DNA from: Candidatus Bathyarchaeota archaeon
GTDB lineage: Archaea; Thermoproteota; Bathyarchaeia; 40CM-2-53-6
Length of the DNA: 64,000 bases
NCBI GenBank assembly: GCA_963783645.1
Contig: CAWAOH010000019.1
Span: 1,738-65,737, forward strand
Direction: 5' to 3'
The notes under the pieces: generated by a model
Told to the model about the DNA's origin: nothing
Databases searched by the model: none
What the model saw: only the letters and a program-made list of their open reading frames with translations
Position numbers and translations under genes: made by a program
Part shown: positions 32,945-44,620 of the stretch, piece after piece
Numbering within the stretch: position 1 is the stretch's first letter
Layout of the letters: the number at the start of each line of letters is the position of its first letter

Positions 32945-34085
32945 CTAAAAGATGAAGAAGCAGAAGACGAGCATAGTCAAGGCTACACCAAACAAGGCCT
33001 TTCTGAAACTCGAGAGAGGGGACACGTCATCTAGAGGCTCGACACCTTCAAGCGGTTTGCGGCTAATCAACATGAAGATGATTAGTAGTAACGCGAATCC
33101 CCAGTAACCGGCCAGAAAGAGGACGCCAAACCCAAGCAGAGCAATTACTTTGTGGCCCTTATCGCCAAATGTGGCGCGGTGCAATGTGCCCGCCATCCAA
33201 CTGCCAGACTGGAAGAATGTTCAGGAACGTAATCAACGCGCCAACTTCAGCAGCGAAGGCAACTTGTGTCAGAACCATGACTTGTCCCGCAGGTACAATT
33301 CTGAACCCGATGTTGCTCAGTACGTCAAGTAATAGTGGCTCATTCGGCCAGCTGTTGACCGAAAGAAGATTAGCCTTCAGTAACAGCTGTGCCTGTTGTC
33401 CACTTATTAGCGGAGCTGTCAGATACGCGAATAATGCAACAATAATCGTTGCAAGGAAACCGGCAATAGGTCCGCTAAATCCGAGATCGAATAACTGGTC
33501 TCGGTTGCCTGGCGGCCCACGAAGAGAAATAACGGCCCCAAAAGTTCCGAAAGGAAATGGAGGCGGAGCAGGCACAAAGTATGGTAGAGTTCCATCCATC
33601 TTGTGGTGTCGAACGGCCAGCACATGTCCCAATTCGTGTATTCCAACAATACCAAGGATTGAGACTGCAAGAATCACGACCTGCAATACAAGATTCGATC
33701 CGGAGAAGAGCGCCCGTGTCAACCTAGGGTCAACGTCGAAAATCAGCGTGTAACTTGCGAACCCGACGCTCGCTATCGTAGCCAAGAATAGGATGAGATT
33801 GATGCTGAGACGTGGTTTGCGGAGATTTGGTTTCGGGAACACTGAGACAACTAGCTTGTCTGCCACTCTCTGAATCCGCGCAGTGAGATGATGGTTTCGT
33901 AGATCCAGGAGCAATTCTTGGAATTTCTGCTTGATCGGTTCCTCTGCGACCACAAATGCAGGTAACCCATTAACGTCTACGTATGCATCTTTGATGGTAA
34001 ACCGGTATTCTAGCATTGATCGGATTGAACCGAAATCGATTGAAAATGTGGGCAGAGAGCTAGTCGATGGCGGTGATTCAGACAC
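32945..34085 (-). CDS. Site-2 protease, M50 family (frameshift near 33175)
   Basis: HELGH, LPYFVP..GTFGA, GPIAG and NILPVWQLDGGH. Confidence 0.92.
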
Positions 34086-34210
34086 GAATGATACTCCCGT
34101 TTTCGAGCGGCTAGCAGTAGAATATCATTTAAACATATTCTATTCCGTGCCCTCGAACTATGCAGATAATGTGATATAGTCCATGCAGGTAGGAATTTTC
34201 GACCAAGCAG

Positions 34211-34695
34211 TTGCTCCTACAGAACAATTATTCGCTTCGCGTTTTTGCTCCCGGCGACGTCGAGTCTGTGGTAAACATTAATCGCGTATGTCTACCAGAA
34301 AACTACGCGTCCTATTTCTTCCTAGATACTTTCAATAGCTCACCACAAACGTTCATCGTTGCCGAATCACAGGGACGAGTCGTCGGCTACATAATGTGCA
34401 GGATGGAGCATGGGTTTTCAGATGTACGAAAGCTTCACTTTGCCAAAAAGGGACACATCATTTCTGTGGCAGTAATGCCAGATTTCAGAAGAATGGGCAT
34501 CGGCCACGGTCTTGTAGAGCAGCGTTATCGGCACTTTCTGGTCTCAGCGCAGATGAATGCTTTCTAGAAGTGCGAATAACGAATGACACAGCAATTGACC
34601 TATACAAGAAGCTGGGTTTCCAAGTCACGCGAACGATTCCCAGATATTACTACGACGGTTCAGATGCGTACGTTATGGGTAGGCCGATTCAATAG
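34211..34695 (+). CDS. rimI: N-terminal acetyltransferase Ard1/RimI (frameshift near 34520)
   Basis: CLPENY, GHIISVAV..RRMGIG, LEVRITN and RYYYDGSDAY. Confidence 0.92.
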
Positions 34696-36082
34696 AGGAC
34701 CTCGATACGGGTTCTGCGCGTATTGTGACGATTGCGTTAGTAAATTCCCTCCGAACGCTATCTTCGATTTTTGATGCAAGTTCATGCACCCGTGCGATGT
34801 TATCGGAAGCGTTGAAGAAACATCGGATGTTGATATGTAAACCTTCCCGGGTGGAGTAGATCATAATTGCACTCAACTTGATGATCTTCTCGTAGGAGTC
34901 AATAACTGACCGCACCGTATCCGAAATGGACTTATCATCTACGATTGTTCCCTTTGTGCTCTCGGCGAGGGCAGGTTCAATGTGTACTGTCACCTGTCGA
35001 ACGTTAGGCACTGACGCTTCGATAGCACTCTCGACAATCTCAGCAATTTGATGCGCTTTGTCCAAAGGAAGGCTTGAATCAACCTGAACATGGAGCGTAA
35101 CGTACAGCAAGCCTTCAACCTCGGTCACTGACAGGTTGTGTATTCCCCTTGCACCCTCTACCCTCCGCGTCGCATTCCTGATTCTCAGCTCTATCGGGAT
35201 CTCCCATTCCAATGGCTCTACGTGGATCATTATGGAGGATTCGCCAAGCAGATTAGCCAGATTTGTTTCAACTCGAGAAGCAATACTATCAGCATCGACA
35301 ACTTGTGCATAGGGAGAAACTGCTATGACTGCATCAACAAAGGTTACTTGACCAACACGCCGTGCTCGGAGTTCCTTCACTTTCAAAACCTCATCAGTCC
35401 TCTTGATCTCGTTCATGATCGAACGCACTAATTTTCCAGATATCGCATCACTCAGATCCAATGATGAAGCGTAGACCAGCCTGATACTCAAGTATCCAAG
35501 CAGAGCAGCCAGCACTAATGAGACAAGTGTGTCACCCACTGGATATCCGAGGCGGGTTAGCGTAAGAGCGACTAACACGAGACCTGTTGAAATGAAATCT
35601 GAGAATGCATGGTAGAGATCGGCCTTCACAGACAATGATCCCGTTTTTAGTGCAGCTGTCAGGATCAGCACACGAAAAATATCGACAGCCATCGTGTAAG
35701 CTGCCGCGCCGAATCCAAAAAGAGAAGCCTGCGAGTTGTGGCCGCTACTGAAACGTGACAATGCAATGATTAGGATTGAACCAGCTAAGATCAAGAGAGT
35801 GATTCCACCAATAAGCGCGCCTAGAGTTTCGATTTTTCCGTGACCATACGTATGATCCTCGTCGGCGGGCTTCAGCGAGAGGCTCGTCGCTACAAACAAT
35901 ATGAGTGTGGACACTGCATCAAACACAGCATGAGCAGCATCACTCGCGAGAGCCAAACTACCAGTGAAGTAGGCTGCGGCCCCTTCAACCAAAATCACTG
36001 AGATGATCGCGATGAGCGATATTTTCAACGCCAGGGTCTTAGTGATTCTTGGCAATAGGCGAACGGGGAGGCCGAATCTCAA
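34673..36082 (-). CDS. Cation diffusion facilitator with three tandem C-terminal domains
   Basis: SDAAHAVFD, PADEDHTYGHGKIE, ADLYHAFSD, and three IHVEP/VHIEP/IRAEP-ended domains. Confidence 0.92.
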   Translation of the reverse strand: MRFGLPVRLLPRITKTLALKISLIAIISVILVEGAAAYFTGSLALASDAAHAVFDAVSTLILFVATSLSLKPADEDHTYGHGKIETLGALIGGITLLILAGSILIIALSRFSSGHNSQASLFGFGAAAYTMAVDIFRVLILTAALKTGSLSVKADLYHAFSDFISTGLVLVALTLTRLGYPVGDTLVSLVLAALLGYLSIRLVYASSLDLSDAISGKLVRSIMNEIKRTDEVLKVKELRARRVGQVTFVDAVIAVSPYAQVVDADSIASRVETNLANLLGESSIMIHVEPLEWEIPIELRIRNATRRVEGARGIHNLSVTEVEGLLYVTLHVQVDSSLPLDKAHQIAEIVESAIEASVPNVRQVTVHIEPALAESTKGTIVDDKSISDTVRSVIDSYEKIIKLSAIMIYSTREGLHINIRCFFNASDNIARVHELASKIEDSVRREFTNAIVTIRAEPVSRSSIESAYP

Positions 36083-36116
36083 CCGAACTTAAGGGTTTAC
36101 CGGACACCTATGAGCC

Positions 36117-36243
36117 GGATCATAGCATTCAAGCATCAATCGGGAAAGCGGTGCCACCTTACCATCTCCATTGTGTGCTATGGAAAATCTAACGACGTTA
36201 AAGAGATGGAGATTGACAGGCTTGAGATTCTTGTCTATGCTCC
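36117..36243. ncRNA. Candidate structured non-coding RNA
   Basis: Nested stems GGA/TCC, CATAG/CTATG, TCAAGC/GCTTGA, TCAATC/GATTGA and CCATCTC/GAGATGG span almost the whole intergenic region. Confidence 0.4.
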
Positions 36244-36252
36244 TTACGAGTT

Positions 36253-36885
36253 TTAGGCGACGCGATAGCTCACACCTAACCCGTCGCCAAGCGGAACGAT
36301 TAGGCTTCTCAATCGTCTATCTCTGAAAATCATTCTTGTATATTCGCTGATACCGGTCTCGCCTTCTCTACGTTTCGCGCTTAAAACTGACCCACCCCAC
36401 AACAGGTTATCGGCGAGTATGACACTGCCGACGTGAGTCAAACGCATTGAATGATTGAGATAACTTGGATACTCATCCTTGTCGGCGTCTATGAACACGC
36501 AGTCAAAGTATCCTTTCAAGCGTGGTAATACCTCAAGCGCTGGGCCCAAGTGGATAGTGACTCTTTTTCCGTATCCTGCATTTTTCATCACTTTCTTAAA
36601 TTCAGCCGCGACGTATGGGTGGTGTTCGACTACTTCTAATTTCGACGTCTTCTTCATTCCCTTTAGTAACCATAAGCCGCTATATCCTCCACCAGGTCCT
36701 ATTTCCAGAACTCTCTTCGGGTTCGTCATCCTTGCAACTAGTTCCAGGAGACGTCCTCGAGAGGCGTCGATGGGGATTACTCCGTAAGGTCGAAGTTCTA
36801 TGGATTTCCTGTAAGCTTGAGAGAGTGCAGCGTCTCCTTCACCCACCAGGCGTTCAACGTAATCGGAAACCTGCTCGTATTGCAT
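36253..36885 (-). CDS. SAM-dependent O-methyltransferase (YrrM/CCoAOMT-like)
   Basis: VLEIGPGGGYS, FDCVFIDADK, ADNLLWGG and PLGDGL. Confidence 0.92.
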   Translation of the reverse strand: MQYEQVSDYVERLVGEGDAALSQAYRKSIELRPYGVIPIDASRGRLLELVARMTNPKRVLEIGPGGGYSGLWLLKGMKKTSKLEVVEHHPYVAAEFKKVMKNAGYGKRVTIHLGPALEVLPRLKGYFDCVFIDADKDEYPSYLNHSMRLTHVGSVILADNLLWGGSVLSAKRREGETGISEYTRMIFRDRRLRSLIVPLGDGLGVSYRVA

Positions 36886-36956
36886 TATGTCCTACCTAAC
36901 AACAATCGTCGTAGTGTCCACACCGTCTGCATTTTGATCGGAGCTTACTACCAGAT

Positions 36957-38267
36957 GTGATGTCCTCCCACGCCTAAAGGTTGTGGGCTTCTCGCTTCAA
37001 TGCCGCTGCTTGCCCATGCCTTAACGTTCGCATGGGTAGAGGTTTTGGCTCTGCGGGTGACAACCCTCCATCCGAGGGCGAGCAACTCAAGATGCCAAGC
37101 TTCCTAATCAGCAATGCTGAATTCAAATCTCGGGGTAGGTGAGTTTCACAGTTTGGGCACCGATGTTCTCGTGTCAGCTAGAGTTTTCGGAACCCAGGTT
37201 AGGCATTGGTGGCAGAATTGACTGGTGCCATATGGATCAATGAACAATACGTGTTTCCCTAGCATGTCCGCTTTGCGCATGCACTTCAACGCGAATTGGC
37301 TCCACGACGAGTCCGAGATTGCTTTCGCTAGGTGATGGTTTCTGAGCATGCCTGCAACATTCAACTTCTCCAAGACCAACACATCGCATTCTTTGAAAAT
37401 AGCGTTAATGAGCTTGTTCTGCCAGTCCTCACGTTGACGAGCAACATGCAAGTGAACCCTCGCCAGTTGTAGATGCCAATGCCCGTCGTCGCCTCGAACC
37501 TTTACGTTTCCTTGCCAATCGTCTTTGCAGATGCTTAATTTTCTCTTCGGCGACGCGTAGAAACTTCGGGTACTCAACGGATTCAGCGTTATCCAATGTC
37601 AGGAACTGTTTTAGGCCAAGGTCTCCGCCGCGAAACCTATCGTTTGCTACGTGGCTAATGTCAGGTTTGAGAGGCTCGGTTCGGTTGGTTAGGAGAATGG
37701 CGTACCATTCTCCCACCGTGTATTTGATGGTTAGTCTTCGAACTGTGCCTTGCAGTGGCCTGTGAAGGAAGATTCTTACCTTCCCAATCTTTGATAGATG
37801 ATAGGCGCCTGTTTTCCAGTTTGAAGCCTGACTGCGGATACGTTAACGACCTGTAGTCTTTGAACTGTTTGCTTCTTGGAAACCGTGCTCTACCTTCAAA
37901 ATAGTTCTTGAATGCGATTGCAACTCTGTCGGCTACGTTCTGCTCGACCTGCGAGTAGACTTGCCGTAGCTTCGGGTTGTTTCGTCTGATCTGTAGCGCT
38001 AGGCTTCTGAGCTCTGTCCTGCTTAATGATTGATGGTTCTGTTGGTATTGCTGAATCCTCTCAGCTCTCAGCGTGTTGTATAGTTCACATAGGGCGTGTA
38101 GGCTGCGTTTGAGCCGCATCTCCTGCACGCTCGAAGGGTACAGCCGATACCTGTAAGCTGAAAGCAACGATTATTCCTAGATTCACTCACGTCCACTGCC
38201 CCTTTTAACGATTGCAGGCTCGCTCTCATCCCACCCCTGAAGGGTGTGGGTTTTCCCGCTCGCTTTG
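36957..38267 (-). mobile_element. IS200/IS605 family element, tnpB-only (IS1341-like)
   Basis: Left end CAAAGCGAGCG with subterminal hairpin, preceded by TTTAT; right end hairpin CCCAC..GTGGG followed by terminal TCAC; no tnpA. Confidence 0.9.
36974..38167 (-). CDS. tnpB: RNA-guided nuclease TnpB (frameshifted in the assembly)
   Basis: AYRYRLYP, FPRSK, GDLGLK (RuvC-I), VLEKLNV (RuvC-II), TSQFCHQC zinc finger and RDLNSA (RuvC-III). Confidence 0.92.
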
Positions 38268-38413
38268 ATAAAATCGATCAGTTCTCCACACATTGGACAG
38301 GTTGTAGTGTTTTGCGTTCCAATACGCCTCTCCGACCTTTGTTCCTAATTGGGTTGATAAGAATTACATGCGTTCGACAAGAGTTAATTCCTACAGCAAA
38401 TCGTAGGAATATT

Positions 38414-38731
38414 GTGAGGACTTTGACTATCCAGTGTTCGAATTGTGGCATTGAGAATAGAGACGAGGCAAATTACTGTTTGAAATGTAGGACTCCACTG
38501 ATCGAGCGCGCGGTGTGGCCTGCCTCTGCAGGCAGCTGGATGTTAGTTAGCGCATGCAGAAATCATCCGCTGAAACCCAGCCAGCTTACCTGCGCAGATT
38601 GTGGCGCCCCAATTTGTTTCGAGTGTTCACGATCGAGCTACTGTTTCGCCTGCTATCGCCGACGCGTCTTGGCCAGTGAACCCCGCGTTCCAATCGGATT
38701 CAGTGCAGGCACTTTTTACAGGTTGTTCTGA
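38414..38731 (+). CDS. Zinc-ribbon plus B-box-like Cys-rich protein
   Basis: CSNCG..YCLKC and CRNHP..CADCG..ICFEC..CFAC. Confidence 0.7.
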   Translation: MRTLTIQCSNCGIENRDEANYCLKCRTPLIERAVWPASAGSWMLVSACRNHPLKPSQLTCADCGAPICFECSRSSYCFACYRRRVLASEPRVPIGFSAGTFYRLF

Positions 38732-38947
38732 CGTCTACGCCGAACTACCGTCGTGATTTGATTAGAGAGACGAACACGACCATTCCAGCGGTCGCTGTTG
38801 GCAAATAGATAATCGTAAGCTCGAAGTCGAACGCAAGGAACGCACTGTTGAGGTATCGAAGTGCAAGAAAACAAAGTGATACGGCTAGTAGAATAATGAA
38901 GGCGTATATCCAAGTGCGAGTCTCGGGCCTATCTTGAGCTTTTGCCG

Positions 38948-39247
38948 TTAGAGCGCTGCCTCCTCGCGTTCTCCCTCGAGGAGGATCTTCAGTGGAATAT
39001 TCATACTGGTACCGTCCGGAAGGGCTCTCCTAATACTGATAGGTAAGACGCCTTCCTGCAATTCAGTCTCTGCGATATCGATTGGCGACATTGCAGCCGG
39101 AGACAGATCGAGCAGGACTGGTGCGCCCATCGAAATCTGAAGGGCCCGGGCCCCCACGACTCTGGCGCGTTCGAAGCGCGTGAGCTTCTTGGGGCCGATG
39201 AGCGCGGTCGCCGCTCTCTTACTCGCCTTCTCCTTCTTCTTTGGCAC
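38948..39247 (-). CDS. rpoK: RNA polymerase subunit K (Rpo6)
   Basis: [22 protein letters not shown]. Confidence 0.97.
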   Translation of the reverse strand: MPKKKEKASKRAATALIGPKKLTRFERARVVGARALQISMGAPVLLDLSPAAMSPIDIAETELQEGVLPISIRRALPDGTSMNIPLKILLEGEREEAAL

Positions 39248-40868
39248 TATCCTGTGGCCCCTTCGGTCCGCCCGCTCCTTCCTTCGACTTCGAAGCGGCG
39301 ATGACGTCGTCTATCTTAAGAAGCATTCCGGCTGCTTCTCCTGCAGACTTGATGGCTTGAATCTTCACGACGAGGGGCTCGTACACGTCAAGCTTTGAGA
39401 GATCGCTGACTTTCCCCTTGAACGGGTCAATACCCACCCATCGCTGTTTTCCTTGATGTTTTGATCGCAATTCCATCAGTGAATTTATGGGATCCATTCC
39501 CGCGTTCTCTGCGAGAACCATTGGAATCGTTTCAAGCGCATCCGCGAACGCTTGAACTGCTAGCTGCTCTTTGCCGGATAACTTTTCGCCGTAGCTCCTG
39601 AGCATTTTTGCGACTTCGGTTTCCGTCGCTCCGCCCCCTACCACTACATAGGGTTCCACGACTACGTCTCGAACGACGCATAAGGCGTCGTGGATTGCGC
39701 GTTCAGCTTCGTCAACGACTCGTTCGGTTCCGCCTCTTACTATGATGCTGAGTGCTTTGGCATCTTTGCAGCCCTCGATGAAGGTCATTTTGTCATCAGA
39801 AACTTTCCTTTCCTCCGTAAGCTTCGCGTACCCGAGATCAGCTGATTTGAGATCTTCTATGTTTGTTATAATGTGGGCTCCCGTTGCCTTGGCTAACTTC
39901 TCCATATCAGATTGCTTGACCCTTCGAACTGCGAGGATGTTTTTCTTCGCCATGAAGTGTTGTACTACGTCGTCGATTCCTTTCTCGCAGACGACAACGT
40001 TAGCGCCAACTGACGCAATCTTCTCCACCATTCCCCGAAGTATCTTTTCTTCCTCATCCAGAAAACGTTTCATCTGGTCAGGATTATCGATGTTGAGTTT
40101 AGAATCGAATTCAGTTTTCTCAATTTCAAGGGCGCAGTTGAGCAGGGCGATTTTGGAGCCCTCGACTCGTCTGGGCATGCCCGGGTGTATTACTTCCTTG
40201 TCCAACAGTATGCCTTGAATTAGTGTTGTGTCCGTTAGAGAGCCGCCGGGTTTTTTCTCAACCTTAATGTTATCAACGTCTGCGTCAAACTTTGCTCCCA
40301 CTTTGTTAGCGACTTGAAGAACTGCTCTTACAGCAATGTCGGCAATGTAGTCCTTCTGTTCTGAAAGAAGTTTGCTGGCGATGGAGACTCCGGCTATTTT
40401 CTTCAGCATTGCCTTGTCGGTCGGATTGACCTTGATCGCTATCTTTTGCAGGAATTCAAGCGCCTTTTCTCCTGCCAAGGAGTATCCGTCTATGACTTGG
40501 GTTGGATGAACATCTTTGTCCATTAGAGCCTGCGCTTTGCTAAGTAATTCTCCTGCCAAGATCACGGCGGTGGTAGTGCCATCGCCGACTTCATCATCTT
40601 GGGTCTTCGCGACCTCCACCATTGTCTTCGCCGCTGGATGCTGAACATCCATCTCATCAAGGATTGTGGCTCCATCATTGCTTATTGTGACGTCGCCGAA
40701 CCCATCGACGAGCATCTTGTCCATGCCTTTTGGTCCAAGTGAGGACTTGATTGATTCCGCAATTACCAAGGCAGCCTCAATATTCGCGTGTTGGGCCTCT
40801 CGACCTTGCGTACGTGAGGTACCTTCTCTTAGAATGATGACATTTTGTCCGCCAATATTTACTGACAT
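39219..40868 (-). CDS. ths: Thermosome (group II chaperonin) subunit
   Basis: [18 protein letters not shown] and EVGDGTTT. Confidence 0.98.
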   Translation of the reverse strand: MSVNIGGQNVIILREGTSRTQGREAQHANIEAALVIAESIKSSLGPKGMDKMLVDGFGDVTISNDGATILDEMDVQHPAAKTMVEVAKTQDDEVGDGTTTAVILAGELLSKAQALMDKDVHPTQVIDGYSLAGEKALEFLQKIAIKVNPTDKAMLKKIAGVSIASKLLSEQKDYIADIAVRAVLQVANKVGAKFDADVDNIKVEKKPGGSLTDTTLIQGILLDKEVIHPGMPRRVEGSKIALLNCALEIEKTEFDSKLNIDNPDQMKRFLDEEEKILRGMVEKIASVGANVVVCEKGIDDVVQHFMAKKNILAVRRVKQSDMEKLAKATGAHIITNIEDLKSADLGYAKLTEERKVSDDKMTFIEGCKDAKALSIIVRGGTERVVDEAERAIHDALCVVRDVVVEPYVVVGGGATETEVAKMLRSYGEKLSGKEQLAVQAFADALETIPMVLAENAGMDPINSLMELRSKHQGKQRWVGIDPFKGKVSDLSKLDVYEPLVVKIQAIKSAGEAAGMLLKIDDVIAASKSKEGAGGPKGPQDSAKEEGEGE

Positions 40869-41148
40869 TACTCACAGCCTCCGCTAACCGACTATAAATC
40901 AACCCAAAATTGTCACGATATAAGGGTTGTGTGTTGGGACTGCCACTTGGGCAATTGCGCCGGACCATCGCGCTTGACTCAAATCTGGTATGCTACCCTT
41001 TCGATTCGATCAACTACAACGAGTTTTTGATTGAAGATCCATCCATTCGATCAAAGTTGTCACGTACCATGCGTGAACGCGGTAGGAACGTTTATGCACC
41101 AATCCTCTTCCTTCCTTCCTTTCGGAGTAAATTCTCGAGACGGTACCT

Positions 41149-42271
41149 GTGCGGGAGATAATTCGAATCAATCAACCATTCCTTGGTAAGGAGGAAATTG
41201 ATGCTGTGACCGAGGTTTTGAAGAGCGGAATCCTTACCGAAAAAAGTGGCATGGGACCTCGAACGCTGGAATTTGAGAAGGAATTTGCGCACTATGTTGG
41301 GGCGAAGCATGCGGTGGCCATGTCAAGTGGTACTGCTGCACTACATGCTGCTCTCGCAGTTACGGGAGTGAAACCCGGAGACGAAGTGGTCGTTCCGTCT
41401 TTCACTTTTCATGCAACGGCCGAGACAGTTCTGATGTGTGGAGGTGAACCCGTCTTTGCGGATATCGATCCTGAGACTTACACAGTGACTACTGAAACAG
41501 TTGAGGCAGTAATGACGCGGAATACGAAAGCGATTGTTCCTGTGCACCTATATGGGCTGCCAGTAGATCTCGACCCACTGAAAAAACTCGCTCGCGAAAC
41601 GCGGCGTTGCGCTGATCGAAGATGCGGCCCAAGCTCACGGGGCAGAATACAACGGCTCCATGATAGGATCGATCGGTGACATGACTTGCTTCAGCTTCTA
41701 TGCCGGTAAGAACATGACTACAGGAGAAGGGGGAATGATAACAACAAATGATGATGATCATTCGGACAAGCTTCGGATGATGCGGACACATGGAGAGCGA
41801 CGACCGTACTGGCCCACAATGGTCGGCAACAATTATCGCATGAACGAAATGCTCGCCGCTATAGGTCTAGTTCAACTTCGAAAATTACCTGGCTTCTTGG
41901 AAAGGAGGCGAAACAATGCACGCGTCCTAAGCGAGAAGCTTGGAATACTTGGCAAGGTTATGCCTCCTAAGCAACCAACCGGGAGAAAACATGCGTGGTA
42001 TCTCTACACACTCCGGCTGAGAGGGGCTAATGCCGGGAAGAGAAACAAAGTTGTGGAGAAGTTGAGATCCAAGAACATTGAAGGCGCTGTATACTACGAA
42101 TCACCACTTCATCTGCTTCCGTTATACCGAGAGCGAGCAGCAGCATCGCGTCGACCGCTGCCCGAGACAGAGAAAGCATGTCGCCAGGTGTTCTCTGTTC
42201 CGGTTCACCCGAAGCTGAGCGATTCAGAGTTGGAGTATGTCTTTGAGACTCTCAAGAGGGTCTTAGCTTGA
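41149..42271 (+). CDS. DegT/DnrJ/EryC1/StrS PLP aminotransferase (frameshift near 41600)
   Basis: SSGTAALH, PVHLYG and FSFYAGKNMTTGEGG. Confidence 0.92.
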
Positions 42272-43600
42272 TCGCCCCACCTTGAGTGGCGTTGATTTGA
42301 GAATTTCATCGAGCGTAGGTTTAGTGGTTTCGCGAATTTCATAGCGAACTCGTACGGCAGGTTTCCTGATGTTCATTATTCGCCGGAGATCGATTGGCGT
42401 GCCAAGAACCACCGAATCACATTTGACGGCATCAATAGTCGTTTCCAGGTCTCTAACCTGCTTTTCCCCATAACCCATGGCAGGCAGAACCCGTCCCAAG
42501 TGTGGATACTTCTCGTACGTTCGCTTGATTGAGCCAACCGCATAGGGCCGAGGATTAACAAGGCTTTTCGCCTTATACCTGCGGGCAGCAATTGCGCCTA
42601 CACCTTCTTTCATATTCCCGTGGGTCACAGTTGGACCATCTTCAACAGCTAACACCTTCTTGCCGCGAATGTTCGATTTGTCGTCTACGTAAATCTCCGA
42701 TGCCGCCTCCACTATTTTCGCGTCAGGGTTTATCCGTCTAATATTATCGCGGACGAGCTTAAGGTTCGCACGTGAAGCACTGTCGACTTTGTTTATGAGC
42801 ACTACATGCGCCATCCTCAAGTTTGCTTCACCTGGATAGTACACAAGCTCATCTCCGGGTCTCAAAGGGTCAACGACCACGATTTGAAGATCAGGCACAT
42901 AAAACGGAAAATCATTGTTACCCCCATCCCAAAGGATTACGTCAGCTTCTCTCTCAGCTTCTCGAAGTATCTTCTCATAATCTACGCCCGCATAGACGAC
43001 ATTGCCGACGTCGATGTGAGGTTCGTATTCTTCTCGTTCCTCGATAGTGCACTCGAAGCGATCCATATCTTCGTAAGAGGCAAAGCGTTCGCACACTTGT
43101 TTTTCCAAGTCACCATACGGCATGGGGTGACGGATTACCACGACTCGGTGGCCCATCTTCTTCAAGGATCGCGCGACGGCACGTGATACAGTGCTTTTTC
43201 CTGCTCCAGTGCGGACTGCACAAACGGAAACGACCGGCAAATTGGATTTCAACATAGTTGTCTTTGGGCCCATTAGGCGGAAATCTGACCCAGAAGCAAG
43301 AACGAGAGAAGCCTTCTGCATTACGACCTCATGTGGAAGGTCGCTATATGCAAGCACGGTGAGTTCAATGTCCTTCTCCTCGATTATCTTGGAGAGATCT
43401 CTCTCTGAAAGAATCGTGATGCCGGCTGGGTACCTAGGCCCCGCGAGAGACGGCGGATAAGTACGACCTTCTATTCCAGGAATCTGAGTCGCCGTAAACG
43501 CAACTACCTCATAATCTGGGTTGTTCCGGAAATAGACGTTAAAATTATGAAAATCTCTGCCAGCGGCTCCCATTATCAGCGTCCGTACGGGTTTGTCCAT
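42263..43600 (-). CDS. P-loop protein of the cyclic 2,3-diphosphoglycerate synthetase-like family (COG2403)
   Basis: GAAGRDFHNFN, AVRTGAGKS, CTIEEREEYE, WDGGNND and EDGPT. Confidence 0.88.
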   Translation of the reverse strand: MDKPVRTLIMGAAGRDFHNFNVYFRNNPDYEVVAFTATQIPGIEGRTYPPSLAGPRYPAGITILSERDLSKIIEEKDIELTVLAYSDLPHEVVMQKASLVLASGSDFRLMGPKTTMLKSNLPVVSVCAVRTGAGKSTVSRAVARSLKKMGHRVVVIRHPMPYGDLEKQVCERFASYEDMDRFECTIEEREEYEPHIDVGNVVYAGVDYEKILREAEREADVILWDGGNNDFPFYVPDLQIVVVDPLRPGDELVYYPGEANLRMAHVVLINKVDSASRANLKLVRDNIRRINPDAKIVEAASEIYVDDKSNIRGKKVLAVEDGPTVTHGNMKEGVGAIAARRYKAKSLVNPRPYAVGSIKRTYEKYPHLGRVLPAMGYGEKQVRDLETTIDAVKCDSVVLGTPIDLRRIMNIRKPAVRVRYEIRETTKPTLDEILKSTPLKVGRSS

Positions 43601-43751
43601 TTCGCCGTCCTCGATTCGGGCAACTGAGACTGTGGTAGTTATTCTTTGCCCCCGAAAACTACGGAAAACAACATTTCATAGCAAGAAAAGGAGGAAAGTA
43701 GAATCAATTTTTAAGCGCAAGAACGTGAAAGATCAACAGTTCTAGTCGAGC

Positions 43752-44165
43752 ATGAGCATCTTGACATCTGAACCATCTGAAGCGAAACCCAATGCGGAAG
43801 ATGTTTCGCGTTACAAAATTCGACTGATTGCGGAAGGATACGGGGAAGCTGACGCTGAGCTGATACGATTTCATAGCCCTGTCACCGTTGACAACTTAGC
43901 GAACGCCATTCCCTTTGAAGGGCGTGCAGCCAGATGGAAAGAGGAGATTTACTTTGAGACGCCTGTCAAGTTGGGTTCTGAGAAAGCGAAGAGCAAGGTA
44001 GAAGTGGGCAGTATGGCATATTGGCCGATGGGATCTGCGCTTTGCATATTCTATGGAGCTACGGAGCCTTATAGTCCGGTGAACGTTGTTGGCATGGTAG
44101 TCTCTAACTTGGAACTGTTCCGGAACATAAAGAGCGGAACGAAGATACGGGTTGTAAAGGCTTAG
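43752..44165 (+). CDS. Cyclophilin-like fold protein (DUF369)
   Basis: WKEEIYF, AYWPMGSALCIF and SPVNVVG. Confidence 0.85.
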   Translation: MSILTSEPSEAKPNAEDVSRYKIRLIAEGYGEADAELIRFHSPVTVDNLANAIPFEGRAARWKEEIYFETPVKLGSEKAKSKVEVGSMAYWPMGSALCIFYGATEPYSPVNVVGMVVSNLELFRNIKSGTKIRVVKA

Positions 44166-44491
44166 GCACCGGCCAGGCGGTAGATCCTGATTCTGGCGTT
44201 ACCGCCTTCAGCTTTAACCATTCGCCTTCTCTCTAGTTCTTCGAGTATGTCACGTGCAACGCTCAGTCTTACGTTAAATTGTGATGCAATCGAGTAGGGG
44301 GTTAATGCTCCCATTTTGGATAGTTCTCCTATGAACTTCTCGTCTTCGAAGTTAGGGAGGTTAATGCCGCCAGTCTTCTTTTCTGGAATAGATCCTTTGC
44401 TCTTACCTTTCTTTGCAGGTTCAGGTTTCTTATCCTGATGTACCTGCTGTTTCTCCATCTGCGCCATACTCTTCTTTTTAGCCCCACCCAA
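44162..44491 (-). CDS. rps25e: 30S ribosomal protein S25e
   Basis: MGGAKKK N-terminus; LTPYSIASQFNVRLSVAR..L. Confidence 0.9.
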   Translation of the reverse strand: MGGAKKKSMAQMEKQQVHQDKKPEPAKKGKSKGSIPEKKTGGINLPNFEDEKFIGELSKMGALTPYSIASQFNVRLSVARDILEELERRRMVKAEGGNARIRIYRLAGA

Positions 44492-44620
44492 GAGAATTCA
44501 CTCGTAGGCGCTACCAGGTCAGCTGAATAAAAATCTTGGTTTTACTTTCGATAGGCACTACAATGAACTAGTATTAGGAGGATGCTGGGACTCTCATGAC
44601 ATGCCAACTTTGTGGGTACA

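Noticed and set aside
36117-36243. Fluoride riboswitch (GGAGATGG...TGATG on the minus strand)
   Set aside because: The P1 and pseudoknot pairings needed for that class cannot be formed.
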